A DNA stretch of 43,360 nucleotides from an uncultured archaeon (GTDB lineage Archaea; Iainarchaeota; Iainarchaeia; Iainarchaeales; Iainarchaeaceae): the NCBI GenBank assembly GCA_964372565.1, contig CAYJRH010000002.1, positions 1 through 43,360 of the forward strand, given 5' to 3'. The position numbers were made by a program, and so were the translations under genes. Shown here piece by piece: positions 42,573 through 43,360 of the stretch; position 1 is the first letter of the stretch, and the number at the start of each line of letters is the position of its first letter. Under the pieces are notes generated by a model. It made no database searches and was not told where the DNA came from. It worked only from the letters and a program-made list of their open reading frames with translations.

Positions 42573-42935
42573 TTATTTCACGAACACGGCATTTTCCATG
42601 CGCTCGAATTCCTTATCCCCGGTAAGGAATTTGATGCCAAGCCTTTTTGCGATAGTGTAGCCGATTGCATCAGGCATTGATAGCGCTTTTTTTTCAAGCC
42701 TTAAATTAGAGGCATTTGAAATATCCTCGGTTGTCACTTCTGTGAGGAATCTCCAGTATTTTTTTGTGTATTCATCAGCCTGTTTTTTGCCCTCGCGCTT
42801 CATCGCATAGCTCAGTTCAGCTAGGTTAAATATGGTTGTGACTGCACTTGCTTCCTGAAAACCCGCATAGCTTACCGTGCCGTTAATGATTCCGAAAAAA
42901 GCGTAGGTGTCAAAGAAAATTTTCCCGTTAGTCAT
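42573..42935 (-). CDS. vapC: PIN-domain toxin (VapC-like)
   Basis: KIFFDTYAFFGII (first acidic residue), MPDAIGYTIAKRLGIKFLTGDKEF (C-terminal PIN motif). 8-nt overlap with the upstream antitoxin gene. Confidence 0.85.
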   Translation of the reverse strand: MTNGKIFFDTYAFFGIINGTVSYAGFQEASAVTTIFNLAELSYAMKREGKKQADEYTKKYWRFLTEVTTEDISNASNLRLEKKALSMPDAIGYTIAKRLGIKFLTGDKEFERMENAVFVK

Positions 42936-43155
42936 TCCAAAGTTCCTTGTCGACTTCCTTCAATATGGCCTCAATCGGCCTCGAGAATTTTATGGTGCCC
43001 CACGTTTCCTTCAGCGGGTTTTTCCCGGATTTTTTCCTTATGAGAAGCTCCACTTCCTCGCCAGTCTTCAGTTTTTCCTTCAGTACGGCGTCCCGCGGAA
43101 TCACAACACCTTTCGACTTCCCCCACTTCCTTATTGTTGCCGTGACTTCTATCAT
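42928..43155 (-). CDS. vapB: AbrB/SpoVT-type antitoxin (VapB-like)
   Basis: MIEVTATIRKWGKSKGVVIPRDAVLKEKLKTGEEVELLI. The internal ATG at 43155 is preferred over 43209. Confidence 0.8.
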   Translation of the reverse strand: MIEVTATIRKWGKSKGVVIPRDAVLKEKLKTGEEVELLIRKKSGKNPLKETWGTIKFSRPIEAILKEVDKELWND

Positions 43156-43293
43156 AAAACCGCAATAATTATATCGATATAACTGGTTAAAAGGCTTCCG
43201 CCTTTCCAAGCCCGCTCACCAGTCGCTTGGAATCTTCCGCCGGTCCGTCATCCTTGGTTTTGCCGGCAGGCCTGCAAGTATGCGGGTATCGGC

Positions 43294-43360
43294 TTCACTC
43301 CATCGTTATCCTGCCTTCGCTGAATATGAACTCGCCGGCCTTGAGCTTGTGCTGCCTTTT
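43294..43360 (-). CDS. 3' end of an unidentified CDS running off the window
   Basis: The open frame ..KRQHKLKAGEFIFSEGRITME ends at a TGA (43294-96). Too short to assign. Confidence 0.3.

Noticed and set aside
1-43360. Scan for tRNA, rRNA, RNase P or SRP RNA signatures and CRISPR arrays on both strands
   Set aside because: No GGTTCGAATCC-type T-arm with a matching acceptor stem, no conserved rRNA, RNase P or SRP blocks, and no regularly spaced repeat array were recognised by eye. A covariance-model scan is still advisable, especially for 21780-22116 and 34599-34775.

Overview
This is a 43.4-kb archaeal chromosomal segment. Markers are RFC small and large subunits, Orc1/Cdc6, a type IA topoisomerase, Cdc48/VCP, membrane LonB, two-subunit PheRS, RNase Z and class III signal-peptide pilin-like genes. 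TATA-like boxes lie about 25-35 nt upstream of many start codons. The small, domain-reduced proteins hint at a DPANN-like lineage, but that is inference only. Core genes look GC-richer by eye and are interrupted by visibly AT-richer selfish or accessory DNA. The headline is four inteins in three AAA+ genes. rfcS and cdc48 carry classical contiguous LAGLIDADG inteins. The LonB gene (35811-42557) is instead broken into three ORFs by two paralogous inteins that are themselves split. Intein 1 is divided into an IntN half (stop at 36828-36830) and a 41-aa IntC half (starting at 39457). The 2.6-kb gap between them carries a free-standing LAGLIDADG endonuclease gene, a PLC-like gene and twin 42-codon hydrophobic peptide genes. 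That endonuclease is a paralog of the endonuclease domain still fused to IntN of intein 2. Intein 2 is split between its endonuclease/HTH region and a second 41-aa IntC by a 4-nt ATGA overlap. This predicts a three-piece Lon assembled by two protein trans-splicing reactions. Other notable items are listed here. (1) A candidate oriC upstream of orc1/cdc6, with a 55-bp purine-rich tandem repeat in about 3.5 copies and a perfect 13-bp inverted repeat. (2) 33-bp perfect direct repeats bracketing an AT-rich DUF3800 gene. (3) A recurring ...TGCCGGTGC motif at four intergenic sites. (4) Five back-to-back perfect hairpins (34623-34727). (5) An AT-rich island with a SET-domain gene and three toxin-antitoxin modules, one toxin frameshifted. 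(6) Six pilin-like genes. (7) A degenerate NrdD-like ATP-cone protein. No tRNA, rRNA or CRISPR array was recognised. All family assignments come from motif recognition by eye; no database search or folding program was run.
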